Shown here one piece after another: positions 34,939 through 42,849 of a DNA stretch of 42,849 nt. This DNA comes from Candidatus Omnitrophota bacterium (lineage in GTDB: Bacteria; Hinthialibacterota; Hinthialibacteria; OLB16), in assembly GCA_029261095.1 (NCBI GenBank), contig JAJDBZ010000050.1, positions 1-42,849 on the forward strand, given 5' to 3'. The stretch's first letter is position 1; the number at the start of each line of letters is the position of its first letter. The notes under the pieces were generated by a model. That model did no database searches. It was not told the origin of the DNA and saw only the letters and a list, made by a program, of their open reading frames with translations. The translations under genes and the position numbers were made by a program.

Positions 34939-37089
34939 ATGGCGAACTCTCTCGACGCTCCTCGCGGCCTGACCCACCCCGACAACCGCGCCAATCTTTT
35001 GGCTGCGATCGGAATCATCAGCATTCTCTTCATCATGCTGGGGAATATCCCCGCTTGGATGTTGTCTTCCCTATTGGCATTCAATATCGCTGTCGCACTC
35101 ATGGTTCTGATGATTTCTTTTTATATCACCGGGCCACTCGATTTCTCGACGTTTCCCAGTGTCATCCTTGTGTTGACACTTTTTCGGCTGGCTTTGAATG
35201 TAGCCAGTACGAAGCTCATCCTCCTCCCCGCCACGGTATCTCCGGAGGACAAGGCGGGGGCGGTCATCAACTTCTTTGGGAGTTATGTGGCTGGAAACAA
35301 TCCCGTCGTCGGTTTTGTCATCTTTCTCATCCTCGTACTCATCCAATTCATTGTCATCACACGCGGTTCGAACAGAATCGCGGAAGTAGCGGCACGATTC
35401 ACCTTGGACGCCATGCCAGGGAAACAGCTCTCAATCGACCAAGACCTCAACAGCGGGTTAATCACCGAAGACGAAGCCCGGAAGAAACGCGAAGACCTGG
35501 CGCGTGAAGCGGATTTCTTTGGCGCCATGGATGGCGCCAGTCGCTTTGTAAGAGGCGATGCGATCGCGGGTATTATTATCACCTTGATCAATATTGTCGG
35601 CGGCTTGGTGGTGGGAGTCACGCAAGACGGTCTTACTTTTACCGGGACGCTTTCCACCTACACTCTGTTGACTATCGGGGATGGCTTGGTTTCTCAAATC
35701 CCCGCTCTCCTGATTTCTACGGCCGCAGGTATCGTCGTCACCCGAGCCGCGTCCTCGGACAGCTTGGGAGCGGGTGTGTCCAAACAGATTCTGGCACAGC
35801 CCGCATCGCTCGCGGTATCCGCCGCGACTCTCACACTTCTCGGAGGGTTGTCTCTGATTAGCCCCGAGACAAGAGGGATTTTCTTCCCATTCGCACTAAT
35901 GGCGGCCGCTATGGGCGGGATGTGGTACCTCGTCTCCCAGCGCGAGGAACAAGAATATCAACACAAACTCGATGTCCAGAAGCAGGAGATCGAGAAACCT
36001 TCCCGCGATTCCGAACCTCCGGAAAGTTTCCTCCGAGTCGATCCGATGGAATTAATGATTGGATACAATCTTGTTCCGATGATGGACAGCTCGAGAGGCG
36101 GAGACTTCCTCGATCAAGTCGCATCCATTCGCAGGAACATCGCTCTTGAAATGGGAGTGGTGGTCCCACAGATCCGAATCAGGGACAACATGCAGCTAGG
36201 AGCCAACGAGTACTCGATTCGAATTCGGGGTGTGCAAGTCGCTCAGGGAGAGGTGCTTCCGGATCATTTCCTCGCGATTAATCCAGGAGGCGATGTGGGC
36301 GAAATATCCGGAATTCATACCACCGAACCCGCTTTCGGTGTCCCTGCAGTCTGGGTCACCGGTCAAAACCGAGGCGCCGCAGAATTGGCCGGGTACAATG
36401 TTATCGAACCCTCCGCGGTTCTGGCCACACATCTCACCGAGATTGTCCGCGCACATGCATCGGAACTGCTCGACCGGCAGGCGACGCAGAAACTGATCGA
36501 TGGGACAAAGGAAGAATGCCCGGTGGTGGTGGGCGAGCTTCTTGAAGGTCCGCAAGCGATCGGCATTGGGAAGATTCAGAAAGTCCTTCAGAATCTGCTC
36601 GGTGAGCGCGTGCCGATTCGGAACCTACCCCATATTCTCGAGATCCTCGCCGACAACAGTGCAGTCACCAAAGAAGTCGATCCACTGACCGAGTTTGTCC
36701 GTGTCGGTCTTGCTTTGGGAATCACCCAGAGTGTGATGAGTTCGGATGGCACTTTATCCGTGATCGTCCTCGATCCCTCGGTCGAGCAAGAAATCCAGAA
36801 CGCGGCTCGTCAAACAAGTCAGGGATCGTATGCTGCGCTGGACCCAAACCTCAGCAAAAGAATCATTGAAGCAGTCCTAGAGCAAGTTGACGTGGCTTCG
36901 TCTCTGGGACTTCCGGCGGTTTTCCTGGTGAATCCCCAGATCAGACTGGTTTTTAGTCGCTTAATACGCCGGTATCTGTCTGGAGTCACGGTTCTTTCTT
37001 ACACCGAAGTCACGGGAGAAACCAATCTGCGAAGTATCGGAACGGTGACCCTAAGCAAATCAACTGAACAAGAAGCAACACAGGAATAG
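34939..37089 (+). CDS. flhA: flagellar type III secretion protein FlhA
   Basis: 716 aa. The conserved FHIPEP region is present (RIAEVAARFTLDAMPGKQLSIDQDLNSGLITEDEARKKREDLAREADFFGAMDGASRFVRGDAIAGIII), followed by a cytoplasmic C-terminal domain. Confidence 0.96.
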   Translation: MANSLDAPRGLTHPDNRANLLAAIGIISILFIMLGNIPAWMLSSLLAFNIAVALMVLMISFYITGPLDFSTFPSVILVLTLFRLALNVASTKLILLPATVSPEDKAGAVINFFGSYVAGNNPVVGFVIFLILVLIQFIVITRGSNRIAEVAARFTLDAMPGKQLSIDQDLNSGLITEDEARKKREDLAREADFFGAMDGASRFVRGDAIAGIIITLINIVGGLVVGVTQDGLTFTGTLSTYTLLTIGDGLVSQIPALLISTAAGIVVTRAASSDSLGAGVSKQILAQPASLAVSAATLTLLGGLSLISPETRGIFFPFALMAAAMGGMWYLVSQREEQEYQHKLDVQKQEIEKPSRDSEPPESFLRVDPMELMIGYNLVPMMDSSRGGDFLDQVASIRRNIALEMGVVVPQIRIRDNMQLGANEYSIRIRGVQVAQGEVLPDHFLAINPGGDVGEISGIHTTEPAFGVPAVWVTGQNRGAAELAGYNVIEPSAVLATHLTEIVRAHASELLDRQATQKLIDGTKEECPVVVGELLEGPQAIGIGKIQKVLQNLLGERVPIRNLPHILEILADNSAVTKEVDPLTEFVRVGLALGITQSVMSSDGTLSVIVLDPSVEQEIQNAARQTSQGSYAALDPNLSKRIIEAVLEQVDVASSLGLPAVFLVNPQIRLVFSRLIRRYLSGVTVLSYTEVTGETNLRSIGTVTLSKSTEQEATQE

Positions 37090-37157
37090 TGAATACCGAA
37101 TCAGCCGATTCGTTGAGATATGGAAACACATTTTTTGATGAAGGGAACTAGGGGGAG

Positions 37158-38528
37158 ATGAGAATTAGAAAGTTTGTTGCAACGAGTGCGCAAGCGGCGA
37201 TGAACCAGATTAAAAGGGAACTCGGAGAGGATGCGGTGATTCTGCATACACGCACACACCCCGGAAAGTTCTTTGGGCTACTGGGGAAACCTCGAGTGGA
37301 GGTCACCGCCGCGATCGAGGACCAGCAACCTGCGTTCCAAACAAGAACTTACACACAGACTGGACAGGCTGACACCCAGCCAAGCGCTGGATTGGAACCG
37401 AAGGCCACCTTCTCAGCCGGAGAGGCGCCCGCTCATGCAGCTGCGCGAGAATTCCTGTCCAAGATTCAGGAGATTCGTGAGAACGGTCCAAAACCGCTCG
37501 CCAATCAACCAGATACCGTGAGCCAGGAGGAGGAGCCAACCCGAGATTTGTCGGTTCCGGCTCCTGACGATTCTCCGGATGACAACAGGTTGGGACTGCT
37601 TGAGACACGTATCGACAGGCTTTCTCAGACCATGGACCGATTGCTCTGTCTCGGCGGACCCCTCGGGCAAATGGGTATTCTTTCGGAAGTCCCGGAACCG
37701 TGGCATCCCGCTCTCAAGAACTTGTTGGAAGGGAACCTCGTCGAGGAGATTCTTCAGGAGGTCGCTGAGAAATTGAAAAACATTCCTTACCCAGGTAAGG
37801 AATTGGAACCCAAAATTCTCTGTGAGGTCCTCGCTGGATTCCTAGGAACCAGCGAACCGATTGTCAAACCTCAAAGCGGTCAGCGAGTTATCACCTTGAT
37901 TGGACCGACAGGTGTCGGGAAAACCACCACCTTGGCGAAACTTGCGTCCGGATTGGTGGTCAACTCGAAAACACCCACCCGGGTCGGGTTGATCACGGTA
38001 GACACGTATCGTCTGGCAGCAGTGGAACAACTGCAGACTTACGCAAAGATTTTGAACCTCAACATTCAAGTGGTTTACAGCCCGGACGAATTGCCTGGGG
38101 CCATCGAAAAATGCCGTGAATGCGACGTCGTGTTCATCGATACCGCGGGGAGATCCCCCAGAGACGAGAATCAAATGTCCGACCTCAAGTTGTTCCTCGA
38201 GAAGGTTCCCGGATGCGAGAACATACTGGTTCTCAGCTCAACGATGAACGAGCGATACCTGGATCTCGCGGTGGAACGATTCAAGTCGATTTCCATCGAC
38301 AGTTTGATTGTGACCAAACTCGATGAAACCAACCATTTTGCCACTCCGCTCAACATCCATCGTAAGACAGGCATCCCTCTCTCTTACATCACGACTGGTC
38401 AGAATGTCCCGGAAGACATCGAGAATGTTCGCCCGGAAAATCTCGCACAGCAGATATTGAGCGAAGTGGGTTGGCAAGAATCGAACACCAAGACCAAAGA
38501 ACCCCAATTGGAAGTTGCGGTATCCTAA
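37158..38528 (+). CDS. flhF: flagellar biosynthesis SRP-type GTPase FlhF
   Basis: SRP-GTPase motifs are present: GPTGVGKTTTLAKLA, DTYRLAAVEQL, DTAGRS and TKLDET. The gene follows flhA. Confidence 0.92.
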   Translation: MRIRKFVATSAQAAMNQIKRELGEDAVILHTRTHPGKFFGLLGKPRVEVTAAIEDQQPAFQTRTYTQTGQADTQPSAGLEPKATFSAGEAPAHAAAREFLSKIQEIRENGPKPLANQPDTVSQEEEPTRDLSVPAPDDSPDDNRLGLLETRIDRLSQTMDRLLCLGGPLGQMGILSEVPEPWHPALKNLLEGNLVEEILQEVAEKLKNIPYPGKELEPKILCEVLAGFLGTSEPIVKPQSGQRVITLIGPTGVGKTTTLAKLASGLVVNSKTPTRVGLITVDTYRLAAVEQLQTYAKILNLNIQVVYSPDELPGAIEKCRECDVVFIDTAGRSPRDENQMSDLKLFLEKVPGCENILVLSSTMNERYLDLAVERFKSISIDSLIVTKLDETNHFATPLNIHRKTGIPLSYITTGQNVPEDIENVRPENLAQQILSEVGWQESNTKTKEPQLEVAVS

Positions 38529-38540
38529 GGAGGCGACCCT

Positions 38541-39467
38541 ATGTTCGATCAAGCGCAACGTCTCCGGGAATTGGTTGACCAAAACCGTCAACCCACTCTC
38601 TCTGTGGTTCCGCCACCTCCCCTCCCGATCGCTAAACACGCGCGAACTGTTGCGGTTACCAGCGGTAAGGGGGGAGTCGGAAAAACAAATATTGTTACAA
38701 ACCTGGCCATCGCCCTGGCCCGGCGCGGGAAGAAGATTCTACTTGTCGATGCAGATCTTTCTCTGGCGAATGTGGATGTCTTATTGGGATTGCAACCCAA
38801 ATTCAATCTCTCCCATGTGGTCTCGGGTGAGAAGAGGCTCCGAGAAATTGTTCTGGAGGGCCCTCATTCGATCCGTTTGGTGCCCGCTGCCAGCGGCGTT
38901 CAAGAAATGGCCGATCTCCGTGAGGATAACCTTCAGACACTCATTGCGGATTTCTCCGATTTCGACCAAGAGTTCGATCTTATCCTGATCGATACCGCAG
39001 CCGGCATATCGGAATCGGTTCTCAGTTTCGCGGTCGCTTCGCAGGAGGTCCTTCTCATCACCACACCCGAGCCGACATCTTATGTCGATGCGTATCAGAT
39101 GCTGAAGAACCTGCACCGTTATACACCCCATCAACCGGTCCACTTGATCGTGAATATGGCAACGAGTGAGAAAGAGGGAAGACAAACCGCCGATTTCATG
39201 CGCGAGATGGCCGACAAGTTCCTTCAGCACTCACTGAATCATATAGGAACCATTCTGCGCGATCCGGATGTTCCGGCCTCGATCCGCCTCCAGAAACCCT
39301 TCCTGGAAGAATCGCCTCACGGACCTGCGGCAAGAGGAATCCAGCAGCTCGCGACACGGCTGATGAACCAGACCTCCAACAACGGGACCTCCAATGATTC
39401 GGAAAAATCTCTTTGGAGCCGAGTCATTGATTTTGTGAAGAACGGAGCAGTGGCTCATGCCGAGTAA
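38541..39467 (+). CDS. flhG: MinD/ParA-type ATPase FlhG (FleN/YlxH)
   Basis: Deviant Walker A SGKGGVGKTN and ...LLVDADL... It lies directly downstream of flhF. Confidence 0.9.
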   Translation: MFDQAQRLRELVDQNRQPTLSVVPPPPLPIAKHARTVAVTSGKGGVGKTNIVTNLAIALARRGKKILLVDADLSLANVDVLLGLQPKFNLSHVVSGEKRLREIVLEGPHSIRLVPAASGVQEMADLREDNLQTLIADFSDFDQEFDLILIDTAAGISESVLSFAVASQEVLLITTPEPTSYVDAYQMLKNLHRYTPHQPVHLIVNMATSEKEGRQTADFMREMADKFLQHSLNHIGTILRDPDVPASIRLQKPFLEESPHGPAARGIQQLATRLMNQTSNNGTSNDSEKSLWSRVIDFVKNGAVAHAE

Positions 39468-40260
39468 TTATGGGTCTTCACTCTATCCATCCCGATTGGA
39501 AAGGATCGCCTCTCAGATGGAGCGGCTCGAAAAGAGTTCGAACAATTGGGATCGCGATTCCAATTTCGTCGGGAAGATGGAGGGTGGCCTTTCAGCGAGG
39601 AAAAAACAACAGAACACGGAAAAAACCCTGCTAAAAACAAAGACAAATAATCCGATTGGCTGGTGGGAAATGTGGGTAAACCGTGTTAGACTGGAACCAT
39701 GGGGTGGAACTCTCAGAGAGTTGGCAGAAGAAATGGTTCGGAAATCGAAAGATCCGTTTTCGGGGAGAACACGTCAGATTACAGTCCTTTGCGCGTTCGT
39801 TCCCTTCGTTTGTGCAATACTGGGTGCCGGCATTCGGTTTATGCCTCAGATGCCGTACCTATCCTTATGGGAGAAGATCACCTTCTTTATCGCCTTTCCG
39901 ATCTTTTTTTCGGTCGCGGGCGCCTTCGTGGGTTTCATCATCGGAGTGATGCTGGACACGCTCGAGCGGCAGGTCGAACAGAAAGATATGATTGGGAAAA
40001 TCAAAGGGGATCGTCTTGGAATGGAGGGTTCAGAACCTCCAAGCACACAGAAGATGACCGTCTGGGTGGAAGTAGACGATCTGGAAGAGAATCAACGAGT
40101 GGCTGAGACAGTCGCCGGGGATGATGGCACCCCCATTTTACTGCGGCATACTATGCTTAAACCCTCGCATATTCAGATGTTGAAAGATCGGAACATCGAT
40201 CAAGTCAAAGTGGAGATGGTGAAATATCCAGCAAGCGGTGATTTGGCTTTTGCTGGGTGA
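39457..40260 (+). CDS. hypothetical membrane protein between flhG and fliA (2 predicted TM helices + C-terminal soluble domain)
   Basis: The ATG overlaps the flhG 3' end by 11 nt. Hydrophobic segments are ITVLCAFVPFVCAILGAGI and ITFFIAFPIFFSVAGAFVGFIIGVML. The C-terminus is VWVEVDDLEENQRVAETVAGDDGTPILLRHTMLKPSHIQMLKDRNIDQVKV. Confidence 0.6.
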   Translation: MPSNYGSSLYPSRLERIASQMERLEKSSNNWDRDSNFVGKMEGGLSARKKQQNTEKTLLKTKTNNPIGWWEMWVNRVRLEPWGGTLRELAEEMVRKSKDPFSGRTRQITVLCAFVPFVCAILGAGIRFMPQMPYLSLWEKITFFIAFPIFFSVAGAFVGFIIGVMLDTLERQVEQKDMIGKIKGDRLGMEGSEPPSTQKMTVWVEVDDLEENQRVAETVAGDDGTPILLRHTMLKPSHIQMLKDRNIDQVKVEMVKYPASGDLAFAG

Positions 40261-40315
40261 TTGATTTAGTTGAGTCTTAATCGGGGAACAGGGAGAGAAA
40301 CGGGAATGGGAGAAA

Positions 40316-41148
40316 AAGCCGCAGAAGTGGCCAAAGGTAAAGCGAAGTCCGAGACACGCAAGGTCCAACCGATGCCCAATGAGGCCGAGGTTTGGCAGGA
40401 GATCGTGAAAGGGGATGCCGCCGCTCGCGATAAGATGATTCGCCAGTATGTCTATCTGGTGAAGTACGTTTTGAACCGACTGGTATCGCACCCTCATCTC
40501 GATCAGGACGTGCTGGATTTCGACGATCTTTACTCGGCCGGGACCATCGGACTGATCAACGCAGTCGATAAATTCGACCCAGGACGCGAAGTCAAATTCA
40601 TTACTTATGCGATTCCAAGGATTCGCGGTTCCATCATCGACGAGCTTCGCGCGGTCGATTGGTTGCCGAGAAGCTTGCGACAGAAGGTGAATAAGCTCCA
40701 GAATGCTTATAGGCAATTGGAAAGCGAACACCTTCGCCCGGCCAGAGAGGAAGAGATCTGCGAAGTTCTCGAACTCACAACCGAGGATTTCCGTGCGCTT
40801 CTTAGTTCGGCCTCGAGAGCAGTGGTCTTATCGTTGGATGAAGAGCTCCGACTCACCGACGACAGCAACACAACCCGCGGCGAACAGGCTTTCCGTCATG
40901 AAAAGTCAAGCCGGGATCTGGTCGCGAGAGAAGAGCTGATTCTAATCCTGACTAACACCATCGAATCGCTTCCCGAGAAGGAGCGACTGGTGGTTGCGAT
41001 GTACTACTATGATGACATGACCTTCAAAGAAATTGGGAAGGTCTTGTCGGTTACCGAAAGCCGTGTCTGTCAGCTGCACACCAAAGCGATGGTGAGGCTG
41101 CGAGGTCGGCTGAAGGAGATGGAACACGACTTCGCTCGTGTGGTGTGA
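40316..41148 (+). CDS. fliA: flagellar RNA polymerase sigma factor FliA (sigma-28/WhiG family)
   Basis: Region 2 (YVYLVKYVLNRL...DDLYSAGTIGLINAVDKFDP...KFITYAIPRIRGSIIDELR), region 3, and region 4 (TFKEIGKVLSVTESRVCQLHTKAMVRLR) are all present. I prefer the ATG at 40316, which has GGGAGAG 8 nt upstream, over the track's TTG at 40270. Confidence 0.9.
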
Positions 41149-41195
41149 GTGTGGGGTGGCTGGAACGATGAGCCGACTCGAAAGGGGATTGGACC

Positions 41196-41522
41196 ATGAG
41201 GATAGCCGATCATGCTCCCGCACTACAGAGTTCTCAAGCATTGCAACAACCCGCAGCCACCGCGCACCAACAACAGATACAGGCGGCGCAAGTGGCCGCT
41301 GCTTCGGTCGCGCGTGAGAACGAGAAACGAAACACCGAGGTCAACGATACCGAGAAGAGCGAAAACCTGACGGTTCATGGGGAGGAGCAAGGGAAGAATC
41401 GGAAGGGTAAGGGAAAGCGAGAAAAGGGTTCACCCCAGGATGATGCCGCTGGGGCCGAAACCTCCACGAGTAAACCCCCTTCCGAGCCCGGCAACGGGAA
41501 CCTGCTTGATGTGACAGCATAG
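41196..41522 (+). CDS. hypothetical low-complexity protein (Q/A-rich N-terminus, K/E-rich centre, C-terminal GNLLDVTA); possibly YjfB-like putative motility protein
   Basis: AAGGGGA RBS. It lies 47 nt downstream of fliA, and its stop abuts the next ATG. The resemblance of its termini to the small YjfB family is recalled from memory only. Confidence 0.45.
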   Translation: MRIADHAPALQSSQALQQPAATAHQQQIQAAQVAAASVARENEKRNTEVNDTEKSENLTVHGEEQGKNRKGKGKREKGSPQDDAAGAETSTSKPPSEPGNGNLLDVTA

Positions 41523-42137
41523 ATGTTAGAAATCATTCAATGGACACTACTCGTTCTGCTCGGTGGAATGGTAGGATGGCTATGGAAAAGTCGTTCTGTC
41601 AAGGAATCTCCCGACTGGGTCTCTGGAATTGACGAAGACGATCTGGTTATGCAGAACGATCTCGACCAATACCATCACCGGGTGGTACAACTCTCTCATG
41701 CCCAGCGCGATCTCCTCCTAAAGAAAATCGCCACTTTGGAAACCCGGCTGAAAAAAGTCCAAAGTCCTCCGATGGTTCGTGGCCCTCTCCCCTCTCAGGA
41801 ACCTATTATAGAGAAGCCCTTGGACCCTCCCGGCAAGGAACTCGATCTCGGTGGAATGGATCAGGGGCCCGAAACTCCTGCTATGCAGCCGTTAGTGAAG
41901 ACCGTGTCCGAGGTCACAAAAACCCTCGCAGCTGACCTGACGGTCCCTCTAGAGAAAGAGATCGAGGTCTATTCGGATGCCTCCCACACTGTCGACCCGA
42001 CGGAGCGGATCCTCCAGCTTTGGCGCGACGGCCAGACCGCTGAGCAGATTGCTCGAGAATTGCGAATGGGGAGACAGGAGGTCCAGCTCCTCATTGAGAT
42101 GTCGCGCCACGCTCCTCTCGGCGCGACCAAGGGTTGA
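41523..42137 (+). CDS. hypothetical single-pass membrane protein with a C-terminal helix-turn-helix-like segment
   Basis: The ATG directly follows the TAG of the upstream gene. It has an N-terminal TM helix (IIQWTLLVLLGGMVGWLW) and a coiled-coil-like middle region. The C-terminus is ILQLWRDGQTAEQIARELRMGRQEVQLLIEMSR. Confidence 0.55.
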   Translation: MLEIIQWTLLVLLGGMVGWLWKSRSVKESPDWVSGIDEDDLVMQNDLDQYHHRVVQLSHAQRDLLLKKIATLETRLKKVQSPPMVRGPLPSQEPIIEKPLDPPGKELDLGGMDQGPETPAMQPLVKTVSEVTKTLAADLTVPLEKEIEVYSDASHTVDPTERILQLWRDGQTAEQIARELRMGRQEVQLLIEMSRHAPLGATKG

Positions 42138-42143
42138 TGCCTC

Positions 42144-42849
42144 GTGCCAGATATCCGCGAAGACCAGCACCCTCGTCTGTGGGCCTTGCTCTTTTCCGAC
42201 GATCGCGAAAAACGCCTCGATGCCCTTAAGATTCTTGCACGTGTCGATGTCGAGTGGCCGATTCCCTGGTTGACTCTTCTGGTCGCCGATGCCGATCTGC
42301 AGATCAGCAAGGCGGCCTACCGCGCGATGCACAAGCGCGGCAAGGACCTGCTCCCTTTTCTCAGCCTTCAGAAACTATCTCCCCAATCGAAAGTCCGTCA
42401 GATGTGTATACGGTTGTATGGGGAGATGGGGAGTCTTGCCTATCTGGATGAGGTCCTTCCTTCTCTTTTCGATCCGGTTATCGATGTTCGGGAAGAGGGT
42501 CGAAAAGCGATCAACCAGATGGTTCATCGGACCCTCGATCAAGTGGAAGAAGATCCGGAAGCGGCTGAGCTTCTTGAAGGAGCGATGGACCTGTTTGCGG
42601 CGCTCTCTTCGGTTCCTCAGTTGAATGTGAGGACCATCATTGTCGCCATGTTTCTGGCGATCTCGGTCGAGAACCGCGAGAAGTTCTGGGATCTCTTTCC
42701 CGATATGGCGGTCCATGCTCGGAACGCCATCGAGCACGAACTGCTCGCGCGCCCGAATTTCGATCGTGTTCAACTGCTCTATTATGGTCTCGTGGCCAAA
42801 GAGAGCAAACTCTCCGATCGTGCGGGGATTATTGTTGAACGGCTTTTGA
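42144..42849 (+). CDS. HEAT/ARM-like repeat protein, 3'-truncated by the window edge (not in the supplied ORF track)
   Basis: I translated frame 3 by hand from GTG 42144, which lies 6 nt after the upstream TGA, to the window end. There is no stop in 235 codons. The product (VPDIREDQHPRLWALLFSDDREKRLDALKILARVD...DADLQISKAAYRAMHKRG...) has an alpha-helical repeat character. The listed 132-aa antisense ORF is a shadow. Confidence 0.6.
   Translation, partial: MPDIREDQHPRLWALLFSDDREKRLDALKILARVDVEWPIPWLTLLVADADLQISKAAYRAMHKRGKDLLPFLSLQKLSPQSKVRQMCIRLYGEMGSLAYLDEVLPSLFDPVIDVREEGRKAINQMVHRTLDQVEEDPEAAELLEGAMDLFAALSSVPQLNVRTIIVAMFLAISVENREKFWDLFPDMAVHARNAIEHELLARPNFDRVQLLYYGLVAKESKLSDRAGIIVERLL

Noticed and set aside
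40138-40731. 197-aa minus-strand ORF across the orf267/fliA junction
   Set aside because: It is antisense to fliA, which has unmistakable sigma-70-family regions.
42375-42773. 132-aa minus-strand ORF near the window end
   Set aside because: It is antisense to a 235-codon open plus-strand frame that continues the operon and has helical-repeat character. It is most likely a shadow.
28243-42849. Sigma-28 (TAAA-N15-GCCGATAA) or sigma-54 (TGGCAC-N5-TTGC) promoters in or around the flagellar cluster
   Set aside because: Scanning by eye found only partial matches inside coding regions, such as GCCGATAC at about 27150 and TGGCAC at about 20410 and 40125, none with a properly spaced partner element. 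This was not an exhaustive computation.
1-42849. CRISPR arrays, IS elements, integrases, phage genes, reverse transcriptases or known defence-system genes
   Set aside because: I saw no regularly spaced direct repeats. No ORF has recognisable transposase, integrase, RT, helicase-nuclease or Cas motifs. The only conflict-type module is the AbrB-PIN pair.

Overview
One contiguous bacterial chromosomal segment, moderately GC-rich and densely coding, with about 38 protein genes. By eye I found no rRNA, tRNA, CRISPR array, transposase or integrase. There are three blocks. (1) 1-19.6 kb holds mostly secreted or envelope proteins and housekeeping genes: a 5'-partial hypothetical protein, an MBL-fold hydrolase, a beta-propeller glycosidase-like protein and a 1415-aa BNR/Asp-box + Ig-like + dockerin-like surface protein. 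It also holds a 70-aa Tyr-rich secreted micro-protein, a tightly packed minus-strand operon (alkaline-phosphatase-superfamily enzyme, GlnD, short DprA-like protein), an aminotransferase and a 1123-aa clan GH-A-like glycosidase. (2) 19.9-28.3 kb looks accessory. It contains three prepilin/pseudopilin paralogs (two with conserved 28-aa leaders), a Gly-zipper membrane protein, an FG-GAP membrane protein and an AbrB-PIN toxin-antitoxin pair. It also contains topoisomerase III with a Lys-rich tail, and an RfaE-domain-II-like nucleotidyltransferase with a degenerate HxGH motif. (3) 28.5-42.8 kb is one co-directional flagellar export/regulation operon: fliL-fliM-fliY-fliO-fliP-fliQ-fliR-flhB-flhA-flhF-flhG-orf267-fliA-orf108-orf204. 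It is followed by a HEAT-like ORF that runs off the window and is absent from the supplied ORF track. No known defence or mobile system is recognisable. The least explained parts are the four uncharacterised genes wired into the flhG/fliA region, the Tyr-rich micro-protein, the long-leader pilin paralogs, and a hairpin-dense intergenic region with three stem-loops sharing one apical motif. All functional calls come from motif recognition by eye, and no searches were run.
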